Assembly: GCA_963665275.2 (NCBI GenBank)
Contig: CAXXIN010000018.1
Span: 1-64,000 of the forward strand
Reading direction: 5' to 3'
DNA from: Negativicutes bacterium
GTDB taxonomy: Bacteria > Bacillota > Negativicutes > UBA1444
DNA length: 64,000 nt
Shown here: piece by piece, positions 18,586-27,796 of the stretch
Layout: every line of letters begins with the position of its first letter
How positions within the stretch are numbered: the first letter of the stretch is position 1
Made by a program: the position numbers and the translations under genes
The notes under the pieces: generated by a model
Seen by the model: only the letters and a program-made list of their open reading frames with translations
Told to the model about the DNA's origin: nothing
The model's database searches: none

Positions 18586-19581
18586 ATGAAGGCAACAAGA
18601 ATCCTGATGACTGTCTTGGCTCTGCTCTTCAGTGTGACGCTTTTCGCAGTCGGGCAGAATCGTTTGCATGCCGCGCCCATAGCCTCAGATTATTCGAATC
18701 CGTCGCATTGGATCTCTGTGCCGGTTGTGGTCGATAAAAAAGTCGATGTTTTTTATCTTGCGCCGACGGCATGGGTGAAGTTTGACGCGAATGTGCCAAA
18801 CATTTGCGAAATTGATAATCCGACTCTGCTCGTCGGGGCGAAAGCAGCGTTTGGACGACAGGCAACGGCGTTTACACCGGTAGGGAATCTGTACGCACCT
18901 TACTACAGGCAAGCGGATTTGTCGCCGGTCGAACGCGAAAAAGTGATCGGCGGCATTCCCACGCTGGACGCGGTGGCTGCGTTTGATTACTATCTTCAGC
19001 ATTTCAACAACGGCCGTCCGTTTATTTTAGCCGGGCATTCGCAGGGTTCCAACGTGCTCAGCAATCTCTTGGGTGGGTATATGAAGGAACATCCCGAGGT
19101 GCAGGCCAGAATGGTAGCTGCCTATGTGATCGGATATTCGGTGACGAGTGAGTATTTGGCGAAAAATCCTCATTTGAAATTCGCCGAGGGACCTGATGAC
19201 ACGGGCGTGATCGTTTCATACAACACGGAGTCGCCAAATGTCGTGCCGGGGACGAATGTGGTCACCACACCCGGTGGTATTGCCATTAATCCGATTACCT
19301 GGACTCGCGCTGAAACGCTGGCGCCAGCTTCGAAAAACATGGGGTCCATCATGCCGGCAGGTGGGGTGTTTGTGCCGGTAGAACATTATGCCGATGCTAG
19401 GGTCGACCAGGCTAAAGGCGTGGTGATTTGCAGTACGGCGGATGCCGATAAACTGTACCGACCCGGCTCCTTCGTCAAAGGCGTTTATCATAGCTATGAT
19501 TACCTTTTTTATTACTACAACCTGCGGCAGAATGCTGCCAACCGCGTTGAAAAGTATTTCGATAAGGGGAAAGGAGAATAG
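18586..19581 (+). CDS. DUF3089-family secreted alpha/beta-hydrolase (copy 2)
   Basis: Paralog of 13041-14027 with GHSQGS, YAPYYRQA and YHSYDY. Start at ATG 18586 after GGAGG. Confidence 0.88.
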   Translation: MKATRILMTVLALLFSVTLFAVGQNRLHAAPIASDYSNPSHWISVPVVVDKKVDVFYLAPTAWVKFDANVPNICEIDNPTLLVGAKAAFGRQATAFTPVGNLYAPYYRQADLSPVEREKVIGGIPTLDAVAAFDYYLQHFNNGRPFILAGHSQGSNVLSNLLGGYMKEHPEVQARMVAAYVIGYSVTSEYLAKNPHLKFAEGPDDTGVIVSYNTESPNVVPGTNVVTTPGGIAINPITWTRAETLAPASKNMGSIMPAGGVFVPVEHYADARVDQAKGVVICSTADADKLYRPGSFVKGVYHSYDYLFYYYNLRQNAANRVEKYFDKGKGE

Positions 19582-21297
19582 ATGGCGAAACTATCTCGGC
19601 GTACTTTTATCAAAACCGGACTGGCAGGTGGCGCGGCATTGGCAGGTATCGGTGCGCTCCCTGTCAAATGGCTGAATGCGGCAGAAGCTTCGGTAGATGC
19701 GCAAACGACTTTGGGACAAACCGTAATGCCGGTTCCCGTACCTGTCACTTCGCCGAAACTCCGCCCTACCGCGGCGCCAAAATTTGCCCAGTTTGGTTAT
19801 GGCGTCTGGAAGTCAGGCGATGGGATTGGCTACGAAAAACGTCTGGACCTGATGCCGGGAAACTATACCGATGCGGCAGTAACCCAATCGGCGAGACTAG
19901 TGCGGTTTTTTACAATCAGCGACATCCACATCACGGACAAGGAATCGCCCGCGCAGGCGATTTATCTCGGACTGAAAGATGGAATAAATTCGGCTTATTC
20001 GCCGGTTATGCCTTTTACCACCCATGTTCTCAATGCGGCTGTCCAGACCATCAACGCTTTGCACAAAAAATCTCCGATTGATTTCGGTATTGCGCTCGGT
20101 GATGCCTGCAACAGTTCCCAGTATAACGAACTGCGCTGGTATGTCGATGTTCTGGACGGCAAGGCTATCATCCCCAGCTCCGGAGCGCATGTGGGCGCTG
20201 ACACCATCGACTACCAAAAACCGTATAGGGCAGCAGGGCTCGACAAGGCAATCCCCTGGTATCAGACCTTGGGTAATCATGATCATTTCTGGATGGGAAC
20301 CGCCCCCTTGACCGATTACCTCCGAGCAGCCTACATCGGCGAGGAAATTCTTAACTTGGGAGATGTGTTCGCCGATCCTCGCGGCCTTGATAGTCGTGGT
20401 TTCTATATGGGATCCATTGATGGGCGGACGCCGTACGGTGATGTCATCGGCCTCGGACCCGTCACTGCTTACGCGGCTCCTCCCAAAGTCGCCGCCGATC
20501 CGGACCGGCGTTCTCTGTCCCGCCAAGAATGGATTGGCGAATTTTTTAAAACGTCATCCCATCCTGTCGGTCACGGTTTCAACCGGGCCAATGTTGAGGC
20601 GGATTTTGCCTGCTATAGCTTCGCACCGAAGTCGAACCTGCCGATCAAGGTAATCGTTCTTGACGATACCCAACGGGAAGACGACGCCAATACGGAAGGC
20701 TATAAATGGCATGGCGCGGTTGATCAAAAACGATATGAGTGGCTGGTCGATGAACTTGATCAGGGTCAGGCCCAGGGCCAACTAATGATTATTGCCGCCC
20801 ATATTCCGATCGGCGTCGAAAAACCGGGAGCTTTCATGAGTTGGTGGGACCATGCCTATATATCTGAGAAGGCGCTGTTCGCCAAGCTGCATGAATACCC
20901 AAATCTGTTGATGTGGATTGCGGGACACCGTCATTTCAACACCGTTACCGCTTTCAAGTCGCCGGATGCGGATCGGCCGGAACTCGGATTTTGGCAGGTC
21001 GAAACCGCGTCATTGCGAGATTTTCCTCAACAGTTCCGCACGTTTGAAATTGTTCGCAACAGCGATAATACCATTTCAATCTTTACGACGAATGTGGATT
21101 ATTCTGCTAAAGAAGGATCGCCGGCTGCGAAATCCCGTTCGTATGCTATCGCGGCAAATCAATTGGTTTCAAATCCTGCGATCTCTTCAAACCCGGGGCT
21201 TATGCTGCCAACCGGTGCATATAATGCTGAGCTGGTCAAGCCGTTGAGCCCTGAAATGCAGGCAAAAATGCAGAACTATGGAGATATGATCCGCTAG
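19582..21297 (+). CDS. Tat-exported TIGR03768-type metallophosphoesterase (copy 2)
   Basis: SRRTFIK Tat motif; SDIH, GDACN, GNHD and GHRH. Close paralog of 14820-16532. Confidence 0.85.
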   Translation: MAKLSRRTFIKTGLAGGAALAGIGALPVKWLNAAEASVDAQTTLGQTVMPVPVPVTSPKLRPTAAPKFAQFGYGVWKSGDGIGYEKRLDLMPGNYTDAAVTQSARLVRFFTISDIHITDKESPAQAIYLGLKDGINSAYSPVMPFTTHVLNAAVQTINALHKKSPIDFGIALGDACNSSQYNELRWYVDVLDGKAIIPSSGAHVGADTIDYQKPYRAAGLDKAIPWYQTLGNHDHFWMGTAPLTDYLRAAYIGEEILNLGDVFADPRGLDSRGFYMGSIDGRTPYGDVIGLGPVTAYAAPPKVAADPDRRSLSRQEWIGEFFKTSSHPVGHGFNRANVEADFACYSFAPKSNLPIKVIVLDDTQREDDANTEGYKWHGAVDQKRYEWLVDELDQGQAQGQLMIIAAHIPIGVEKPGAFMSWWDHAYISEKALFAKLHEYPNLLMWIAGHRHFNTVTAFKSPDADRPELGFWQVETASLRDFPQQFRTFEIVRNSDNTISIFTTNVDYSAKEGSPAAKSRSYAIAANQLVSNPAISSNPGLMLPTGAYNAELVKPLSPEMQAKMQNYGDMIR

Positions 21298-21321
21298 AGA
21301 AATTATTGGGAGGCGCTAACG

Positions 21322-23073
21322 ATGATGCATGGGAAAAAATCGCTATCGATACTCATTCTGGTGCTCTATCTGAGTAGCATCGCTCTACCGGTCTATGCCT
21401 GCACCACGACGATCGTAGGCAAAGATGCCTCGGTCGATGGGTCGGTCATGGTCTCTCACTCCGATGACGGTTTGAACGATGGCAGCATGATTTATATTCC
21501 GGCGCAGGATCACAAGCCCGGCTCGCTCCGGGCGGTGTATTATTCCCATGCGTCGCTGGACTTCAAACCGCAGTGGGGAGCTACGATCAGTCACCGTATC
21601 GTGACCAAGGATCGCGGACCCAATTACGACATCAAGGATGTACCGCCCAGTGTGCCGCTCGGGTTTATCCCGCAGGTGGAACACACGTATGCTTATTTTG
21701 ACGCCAATTACGGCATCATGAACGAGCATCAGCTTTCTATCGGCGAGTGTACCGACAAAGCGAAAGTGCACCCGGAACCGGAACCCGGCAAACGAATTTT
21801 TTATTCGTCCGAGCTATCCCGTGTCGCATTGGAGCGAACCAAAACCGCCCGCGAGGCGATCAAACTCATGGGCGAACTGATTGAAAAATACGGCTACTAC
21901 GGCACAGGGGAAACTCTGCTGGTGGCAGATCCGAACGAAGGCTGGGTCATGGAAATGGCCGGCTATGACATGAACGGCACCGGCGGCGTCTGGATCGCCC
22001 AACGTGTGCCTGATGATGGATTCTTCGTCGCAGCCAATCAGTTTCGCATTCGCGATGTACGCCCCAATGCCGATGATATGATGTTTTCGGCCAACATCTT
22101 TGAAATTGCGCAGGCCAAAGGCTGGTGGAAACCCGAAAGCGGACCGCTCGATTTCGCCAGTGTCTACGGCGATGGTGAGTTCCACCATCCGTACTATTCT
22201 TTGCGCCGCGTCTGGCGCGCCCAGTCGCTGGTCGCCCCGTCCCTCGAGCTATCTCCCTGGGCGGAAGGTCCCTTTACCCGGGCCTATCCCTTCGCCGTCA
22301 CCCCCGACAAGAAACTGTCTGTCGGCGATGTCTTCGCTATTCATCGGGACAATTACGAAGGTACGGAATTTGACCTGACCAAGGGATTGGCGGCCGGACC
22401 GTTTGGTGATCCCAACCGCTTTGAAGGCAATGCGGAAGGAATGGCGGATAAGGAAGGCAGGCTTACGCCGGTGATCGGAGAGTTCGAACGTCCCCTGAAT
22501 GTTTATCGCTGCGTCTATGCGCATGTAAACCAGTCCCGCAAATGGCTGCCGGATGCCATCGGCGGCGTAGTGTGGTTTGGCCCGGACCGCCCGGCGACAG
22601 CGGTGCTGATGCCCTTCTATGCCGGAGCTACAGATTTGCCGACGCCTATCCAGAAAGCGGATATTCTCAAGTTCGACCGCAACAGCCTGTGGATGGCGTT
22701 TAACTATGTGGCGAACTATTCCATGCTCAAATATTCGTACATGATCAAAGATATTCACGCCGTACGCGACCAATTCGAAAATAACGCATTCGAGCGGCAA
22801 CCCAAGTTGGAAGCGGAAGCTCTCGCACTCTGGAACAAGGGCGATCAGAAGGGCGTCCGCGAGATGTTGACCCGCTACAGTGACAAAAACGCCAACGCCG
22901 TGCGGGCTGACTGGTGGAAATTGGCGGCCAATCTCTATCTCAAGTACAACGATGGCTACCTCAACACACAGAAAACCATTGCCGATCCAGTGTTTTATCC
23001 GGCCTGGTGGCTCAAACAAGTAGGCTATGAAAACGGCCCTACCAGCTACGAGAAGAAACCTGCCGGCAAATAA
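21322..23073 (+). CDS. Secreted peptidase family C69 (dipeptidase/secernin-like Ntn-hydrolase)
   Basis: Signal peptide ending VYA|CTT exposes an N-terminal Cys nucleophile; DGS, MNEHQLSIGE, TAREAI..YGY and ANQFRI motifs. Confidence 0.9.
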   Translation: MMHGKKSLSILILVLYLSSIALPVYACTTTIVGKDASVDGSVMVSHSDDGLNDGSMIYIPAQDHKPGSLRAVYYSHASLDFKPQWGATISHRIVTKDRGPNYDIKDVPPSVPLGFIPQVEHTYAYFDANYGIMNEHQLSIGECTDKAKVHPEPEPGKRIFYSSELSRVALERTKTAREAIKLMGELIEKYGYYGTGETLLVADPNEGWVMEMAGYDMNGTGGVWIAQRVPDDGFFVAANQFRIRDVRPNADDMMFSANIFEIAQAKGWWKPESGPLDFASVYGDGEFHHPYYSLRRVWRAQSLVAPSLELSPWAEGPFTRAYPFAVTPDKKLSVGDVFAIHRDNYEGTEFDLTKGLAAGPFGDPNRFEGNAEGMADKEGRLTPVIGEFERPLNVYRCVYAHVNQSRKWLPDAIGGVVWFGPDRPATAVLMPFYAGATDLPTPIQKADILKFDRNSLWMAFNYVANYSMLKYSYMIKDIHAVRDQFENNAFERQPKLEAEALALWNKGDQKGVREMLTRYSDKNANAVRADWWKLAANLYLKYNDGYLNTQKTIADPVFYPAWWLKQVGYENGPTSYEKKPAGK

Positions 23074-23085
23074 AACAAAGCATAC

Positions 23086-23125
23086 AAAGCCCTCCGGTGT
23101 GATAGTCAGACCGGGGGGCTTTTTT
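23086..23125 (+). terminator. Intrinsic terminator closing the hydrolase operon
   Basis: aaagccctccggt..accggggggctttttt. Confidence 0.85.
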
Positions 23126-23242
23126 GCCGCCAACGGGAGAAAACTGCAGTGGGGCAGGAAAATACGACGCCGCTATAGAATAGTTGCAAGAGTATTTTCT
23201 CTCACGAAGAAAGTTCAATAATAAGGATAGGAGACGTGGCAT

Positions 23243-24103
23243 ATGAACGTAATTCGGGTCATGGTGGTGGATGATTCGCCTTTTTCCCGCACCTTGCTGG
23301 CGGATGTCCTGATACAGGGGGGCTGTGAAGTAGTCGGGGAAGCCGAGTCGATTGAAACGCTGATTCAGGTATACGATGAATGCAAGCCGGACCTTGTAAC
23401 GATGGATATTGCCATGCCGGGCGCTGATGGATTTGAATGCACCAAAACCTTGCGTTTGCACGATCCGGCGGCGAAGGTGATTCTGGTCAGCTCCATGAAA
23501 GATGAAGAGACGGAAGCGGACGCACGCCACGCAGGGGCAGTAGGATATGTCCAAAAACCTGTGGACGAGGATGTGCTGCTCCGGGTGCTTCGGAACGTCA
23601 TGTCGCCTGATGAAATGTATGCCAATCTGCAGACCTGGAGTCGTGAAATTTTTGCTGAAGTGCTGTCGCAAAATATCACCCGCATGACGAAAAGTACAGC
23701 GACTATCAACGAACAAGCGGATCTGAAAAAAAGCATTTCGCAGGGAATCACAGTAGTGATCGGAATTATCGGTCGTTACCCGGGCTCCATCGTTTTTGAT
23801 CTCACCATGGAAGCTGCGGAAAAAATGGCTGAGATCATGTTGCGCCGACCGGCGAAAAGCCAGGCGGAAGTGGTGTCGGTTGCGGCGGAATTCGCCAATG
23901 TGGTGGGCGGCGTAGCCTGCTCCATGTTGAATCGCAAGGAAAAATCCTTTGGCCTGCGGGTGGCGCCGCCGAGTGTATTTCAGGGCGCAACGAACGAAAT
24001 TAGCAGCCCCATGCTCCAGATGCATGGCGTGGAAGCCGACACCGATTTTGGGCGACTGAGCCTGAGCTTCGGGTTTAAGAAGGGGACGGTATTGTGGATG
24101 TAA
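23243..24103 (+). CDS. CheY-like receiver fused to CheX-like phosphatase domain
   Basis: VVDDS, TMDIAMP and KP receiver motifs, then GIIG..G and EFANVVGG (ExxN phosphatase motif). Confidence 0.85.
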   Translation: MNVIRVMVVDDSPFSRTLLADVLIQGGCEVVGEAESIETLIQVYDECKPDLVTMDIAMPGADGFECTKTLRLHDPAAKVILVSSMKDEETEADARHAGAVGYVQKPVDEDVLLRVLRNVMSPDEMYANLQTWSREIFAEVLSQNITRMTKSTATINEQADLKKSISQGITVVIGIIGRYPGSIVFDLTMEAAEKMAEIMLRRPAKSQAEVVSVAAEFANVVGGVACSMLNRKEKSFGLRVAPPSVFQGATNEISSPMLQMHGVEADTDFGRLSLSFGFKKGTVLWM

Positions 24104-24558
24104 ACAAGATAAATCCGATTCTCGAGGCGGTTGCCGGCACGCTGCCGCTGATCGGGTTCCAATCGGTGGAACGCAAAGCAGTTGTGTTAGGCGGACCGGT
24201 CATCAGTTGGAAAGGCGTGATCATCAACATTGGCATGCTCGGAAGCGTGAAAGGCTCTGTCGCCATTGGCATGGAAAAAGAGGCGGCATGCCGCTTTGCG
24301 TCGACGATGATGATGGGGATGGAAGTAAAGGAACTGGACGAACTGTCACAAAGCGCGATCTCCGAAATGACGAACATGGTTTGCGCCAATGCCTGTACCC
24401 TCTTTATCCGGGATGGGCTGGAGGGCGTTGACATTTCCCCGCCGGTTCTGTTCGTGGGGGAGGGCGGCAAGATCACTCTCCCGGTGCCGAAAGTGATTTC
24501 CGTGGCTTTTATGGTGGATGACATTCCGATGAACGTTCATGTGGGACTGCATACATAA
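24094..24558 (+). CDS. cheX: Chemotaxis phosphatase CheX family protein
   Basis: MDVNKINP, G..KG, LDELSQSAISEMTNMV (ExxN) and DISPP. Confidence 0.85.
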   Translation: MDVNKINPILEAVAGTLPLIGFQSVERKAVVLGGPVISWKGVIINIGMLGSVKGSVAIGMEKEAACRFASTMMMGMEVKELDELSQSAISEMTNMVCANACTLFIRDGLEGVDISPPVLFVGEGGKITLPVPKVISVAFMVDDIPMNVHVGLHT

Positions 24559-24621
24559 GGATATAAGGTTGTTGCCTATTCGGGGTAAACGCATTATTTT
24601 CCTCCTGTCAAAAAAAAGAGT

Positions 24622-24658
24622 AAACCTGAGGGATAACGAAAGTTCCTCAGGTTTTTTT
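24622..24658. terminator. Intrinsic terminator hairpin (T-tracts on both strands)
   Basis: aaacctgagg-gataacgaaagtt-cctcaggttttttt. Confidence 0.75.
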
Positions 24659-24853
24659 ATACGGTTATTATAAAAACATCGTGCATATCTCATCAAAAGT
24701 TAGACGCGCAAGTGAAAGATTTAAAAGGGATCGTGGGTTATTATTAAAGTGGGATCTGTTTAGTCTGAACGATTGGGCACTTGGTCTGTTGCAGATGAAA
24801 TCAGTGAAAGTTTTCTAAATCGATAAAACACAAGAAGAGGGAGGCGCGTTTTT

Positions 24854-25765
24854 ATGTCGAACCCGCAAAAAATTCTCGTGGCGTATGATGGATCACCTCA
24901 CAGTAAAGTGGCGCTGGATTGGGCCATGCGACTTGGCGGCAATAATAATGCCGAGTTAGAGGTGATCAAAGTATTTGAGCCGATCATTCGGCGATATAAT
25001 AGGGGTGACTATGATATTAGCGAGCAAATAACCGAACGGTATGCCGAAATGGAGAAGGCTGATCGCCAGATCATGCAAGATGTAAAAACTTTCTGTGACG
25101 CGGGGTGCAAACTGAAAGTTAATGTAGATTTACTCAAGGGTCCTGTGGCTTCAACGCTTCTTGAATATGCCCGCCAGAACGGGTTTGGCTTGATCGCGGT
25201 CGGGACCAAGGGCCATGGTATACTCGAAGAGATGCTCGTGGGAAGCGTAACAAGCAGTTTGGTGAGCCTGTCCAAAGTGCCGGTATTGGTCGTGAAGGAG
25301 CAAGCGGCGCCCGATAAGTTGCAAAAAATCCTTGTGGCCTATGACGGGTCGGAATTTGCCAAGGCCGCGTTGGATCTTGCCATCGAAATTGGCAAGAGTG
25401 CTGGCGCCCAGATTATGGCCGTGAAAGTGTATGACACTCTGACGCTCACGATGATTTACAGCATGGCCGAATCCGGATCAGGGTTGAGACTGGCCGAGAA
25501 GCTGGCCGAGCTGGATGAGTCAGAGAAGAAAATCCTTGATGATGCAAAGAGTACTGCGGCACTCAAGGGAATGGAAATTGGCACGGAACTACTGTCAGGC
25601 GGCAATATTGCAGATACAATCATTAAGTACGCAAAAGAAAACAACGCAGACATGATTGTCGCCGGTACGCTTGGTCACGGGTTGCTTGGAGAGCTTTTGA
25701 TGGGAAGTGTCACCAGAAATCTGATTAGTCTGTCGCAAATCCCTGTATTGGTTGTTAAAAAGTAA
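24854..25765 (+). CDS. Universal stress protein (two tandem USP domains)
   Basis: KILVAYDGS twice; GTKGHG..GSVT and GTLGHG..GSVT ATP-binding motifs. Confidence 0.93.
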   Translation: MSNPQKILVAYDGSPHSKVALDWAMRLGGNNNAELEVIKVFEPIIRRYNRGDYDISEQITERYAEMEKADRQIMQDVKTFCDAGCKLKVNVDLLKGPVASTLLEYARQNGFGLIAVGTKGHGILEEMLVGSVTSSLVSLSKVPVLVVKEQAAPDKLQKILVAYDGSEFAKAALDLAIEIGKSAGAQIMAVKVYDTLTLTMIYSMAESGSGLRLAEKLAELDESEKKILDDAKSTAALKGMEIGTELLSGGNIADTIIKYAKENNADMIVAGTLGHGLLGELLMGSVTRNLISLSQIPVLVVKK

Positions 25766-25791
25766 AAAACTTCACCTCGGGATACGACTCA

Positions 25792-25830
25792 ACAACCCCG
25801 GTCGCTGTTTTTACAGTCGATCGGGGTTGT
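25792..25830. terminator. Hairpin between convergent usp and KTSC genes
   Basis: acaaccccg...cggggttgt stem. Confidence 0.55.
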
Positions 25831-25857
25831 CATTTGAACCTAAGGATGTATGAGCGA

Positions 25858-26109
25858 TTAGGGAATATTCCAGAGGCAGGTGTCTTCCTCGTTCTTATCT
25901 GTAACCTTTATGCAGGGGAAATAGTTTTTGATATTATTGTTGAAATGCAATCCTTTTGCCGGGGCCATCATCAGAGCCAAGTGAGCGATTTTGGGAACAT
26001 TTTGAAACTGATAGACGCTTGAATCCAGAAACTCAATTTCCAGAAGACGGGAATCTTCTTCATAGCCAATGGATCTTATATCTGTCGACATCACGTACGT
26101 TCGTTTCAT
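25858..26109 (-). CDS. KTSC domain protein
   Basis: V.S..IRSIGY....LLEIEF....YQFQNVP.....LM.AP.KG..FN..IK pattern. GGGAGG RBS before ATG 26109. Confidence 0.88.
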   Translation of the reverse strand: MKRTYVMSTDIRSIGYEEDSRLLEIEFLDSSVYQFQNVPKIAHLALMMAPAKGLHFNNNIKNYFPCIKVTDKNEEDTCLWNIP

Positions 26110-26448
26110 GTTCGAGTTTCCTCCCGAAATCAAAATTATAAAGGCTTCTAAACATCATGGGCCAAATTGTCATCACAAGGAAGAGTATCCAGAACATTTG
26201 GCTGAAATCGAAAATCACAGAAAAGTCCTTTTTTTATTCTGGATTTTACGAAACAGCCATAGATTAATATTTCACCCAACTTGACGAATTTCCTTTACTT
26301 CTGTATTTTTAGGCAAACATATTATTCGAATAACCTAGAGCGTAAAGGGCTACGGGATGCAGGAAAAAGAGAAAGCATGCAGAATTCTATATGAATTGAA
26401 TTTTGCGCGAACGATAAGATCGGATGGAATGGCGATGAAAAAAGGCAG

Positions 26449-27741
26449 GTGGGAAAAGCGTTGTTAAAAGAACAAGGCAGGAACGCAAAATCTGTGGTTC
26501 TTCGGAACGGCTGGATCATTGATCCTGCTCAGGGAATCAACCGAACTGCGGACGTTTTATTAACAGATGGGATCGTGAAGGAGATTGGACCGGATCTTTC
26601 CGCGGTGGATGCCGAAGTGATCGACTGCGCCGGAAACTGGGTGATCCCCGGCCTGGTTGATGCGCACTGTCATTTGCGTGAACCGGGCTTTGAGCGCAAG
26701 GAAACGATTGAAACCGGAACGATGGCAGCCGCGCGCGGCGGCTTTACTACAGTGGTTGCCATGGCCAACCTTAATCCGGTTCCGGATAATGCCAATGTAT
26801 ATCGTCGTATCCAGGAAATCATCGGACAGAAAGCGGTCGTGCGGGTAGTACAGGCAGCGGGTGTAACACAGGATTTGAAGGGACGCGACCTCAGCGACAT
26901 GGCTTCGCTGGCAGCTGAGGGAGTACGGATATTTTCAGATGATGGCTATCCTATAGAGCGCGCTTCCATTCTTTATCAGGCACTGCAGATGAGTCGCAAA
27001 CTGAACCTGATCATTTCGGTCCATGAAGAAGATGCGGCGTTGAAAGGGTATTGGCCGACAGCATACGAACCAATGAATGAGTATATCCTGCTGAACCGTG
27101 ATTTGGAAGTTTTGCGGGCCGCTGGCGGACATTTGCATGTGCAGCATTTGAGTGCAGCGCGCAGCGTGGAGCTGGTCCGGGCTGCTAAAAAAGAAGGCCT
27201 CAAGGTTACCGCTGAAGTTTGTCCCCATCACCTGACGCTGACTCGCGACGATGTAGCAATCCGGGGGGCGAATGCCAAGATGGCGCCGCCGCTCAGAGAC
27301 AAGGAAGATATTGAAGCGTTGCTGCAGGGGCTCAACGATGGTACAATCGATTTCATCGCTACGGATCATGCGCCGCACACTACTGATGACAAGGGGGGGC
27401 CTTTTGATCAGGCGGCCAACGGAATTGTCGGATTTGAAACAGCATTCTCGGTGCTATTGACAAAGCTTGTGCATGAAAGAGGGATGTCCCCTTCCTGGCT
27501 TATAGAAAAAATGACGATAAAACCTGCCAATGCCCTGGGGTTGCCAGGAGGGACGCTAGCCATCGGATCCCCGGCTGATGTCTGCGTGGTCGATCCCCAT
27601 CGGGAGTGGATTGTGGATAGCGCCAAATTTGCTTCCATGGGTCGTAATACTCCTTATCAGGGTATGAAAATGAAAGGCTGCGTATTGTTGACCTTTGTCG
27701 GCGGCAATAAGGTTTTTGACGGAAGAAAGGAGGCGATCTGA
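26449..27741 (+). CDS. pyrC: Dihydroorotase (class I)
   Basis: DAHCHLREPG, AARGGFTT, FSDDG, TAEVCPHHL, KMAPPLR, ATDHAPH and NTPY motifs. Start codon uncertain (GTG 26449 or TTG 26461). Confidence 0.88.
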   Translation: MGKALLKEQGRNAKSVVLRNGWIIDPAQGINRTADVLLTDGIVKEIGPDLSAVDAEVIDCAGNWVIPGLVDAHCHLREPGFERKETIETGTMAAARGGFTTVVAMANLNPVPDNANVYRRIQEIIGQKAVVRVVQAAGVTQDLKGRDLSDMASLAAEGVRIFSDDGYPIERASILYQALQMSRKLNLIISVHEEDAALKGYWPTAYEPMNEYILLNRDLEVLRAAGGHLHVQHLSAARSVELVRAAKKEGLKVTAEVCPHHLTLTRDDVAIRGANAKMAPPLRDKEDIEALLQGLNDGTIDFIATDHAPHTTDDKGGPFDQAANGIVGFETAFSVLLTKLVHERGMSPSWLIEKMTIKPANALGLPGGTLAIGSPADVCVVDPHREWIVDSAKFASMGRNTPYQGMKMKGCVLLTFVGGNKVFDGRKEAI

Positions 27742-27796
27742 GTTCACGCACGCAGGTCAGGCTTGAATGAGAAACAAAATGGAAAGGAGATATTTT

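Noticed and set aside
22249-24025. 294-aa and 328-aa minus-strand ORFs
   Set aside because: They overlap the C69 hydrolase and cheY-cheX genes on the opposite strand and have shadow-ORF composition.
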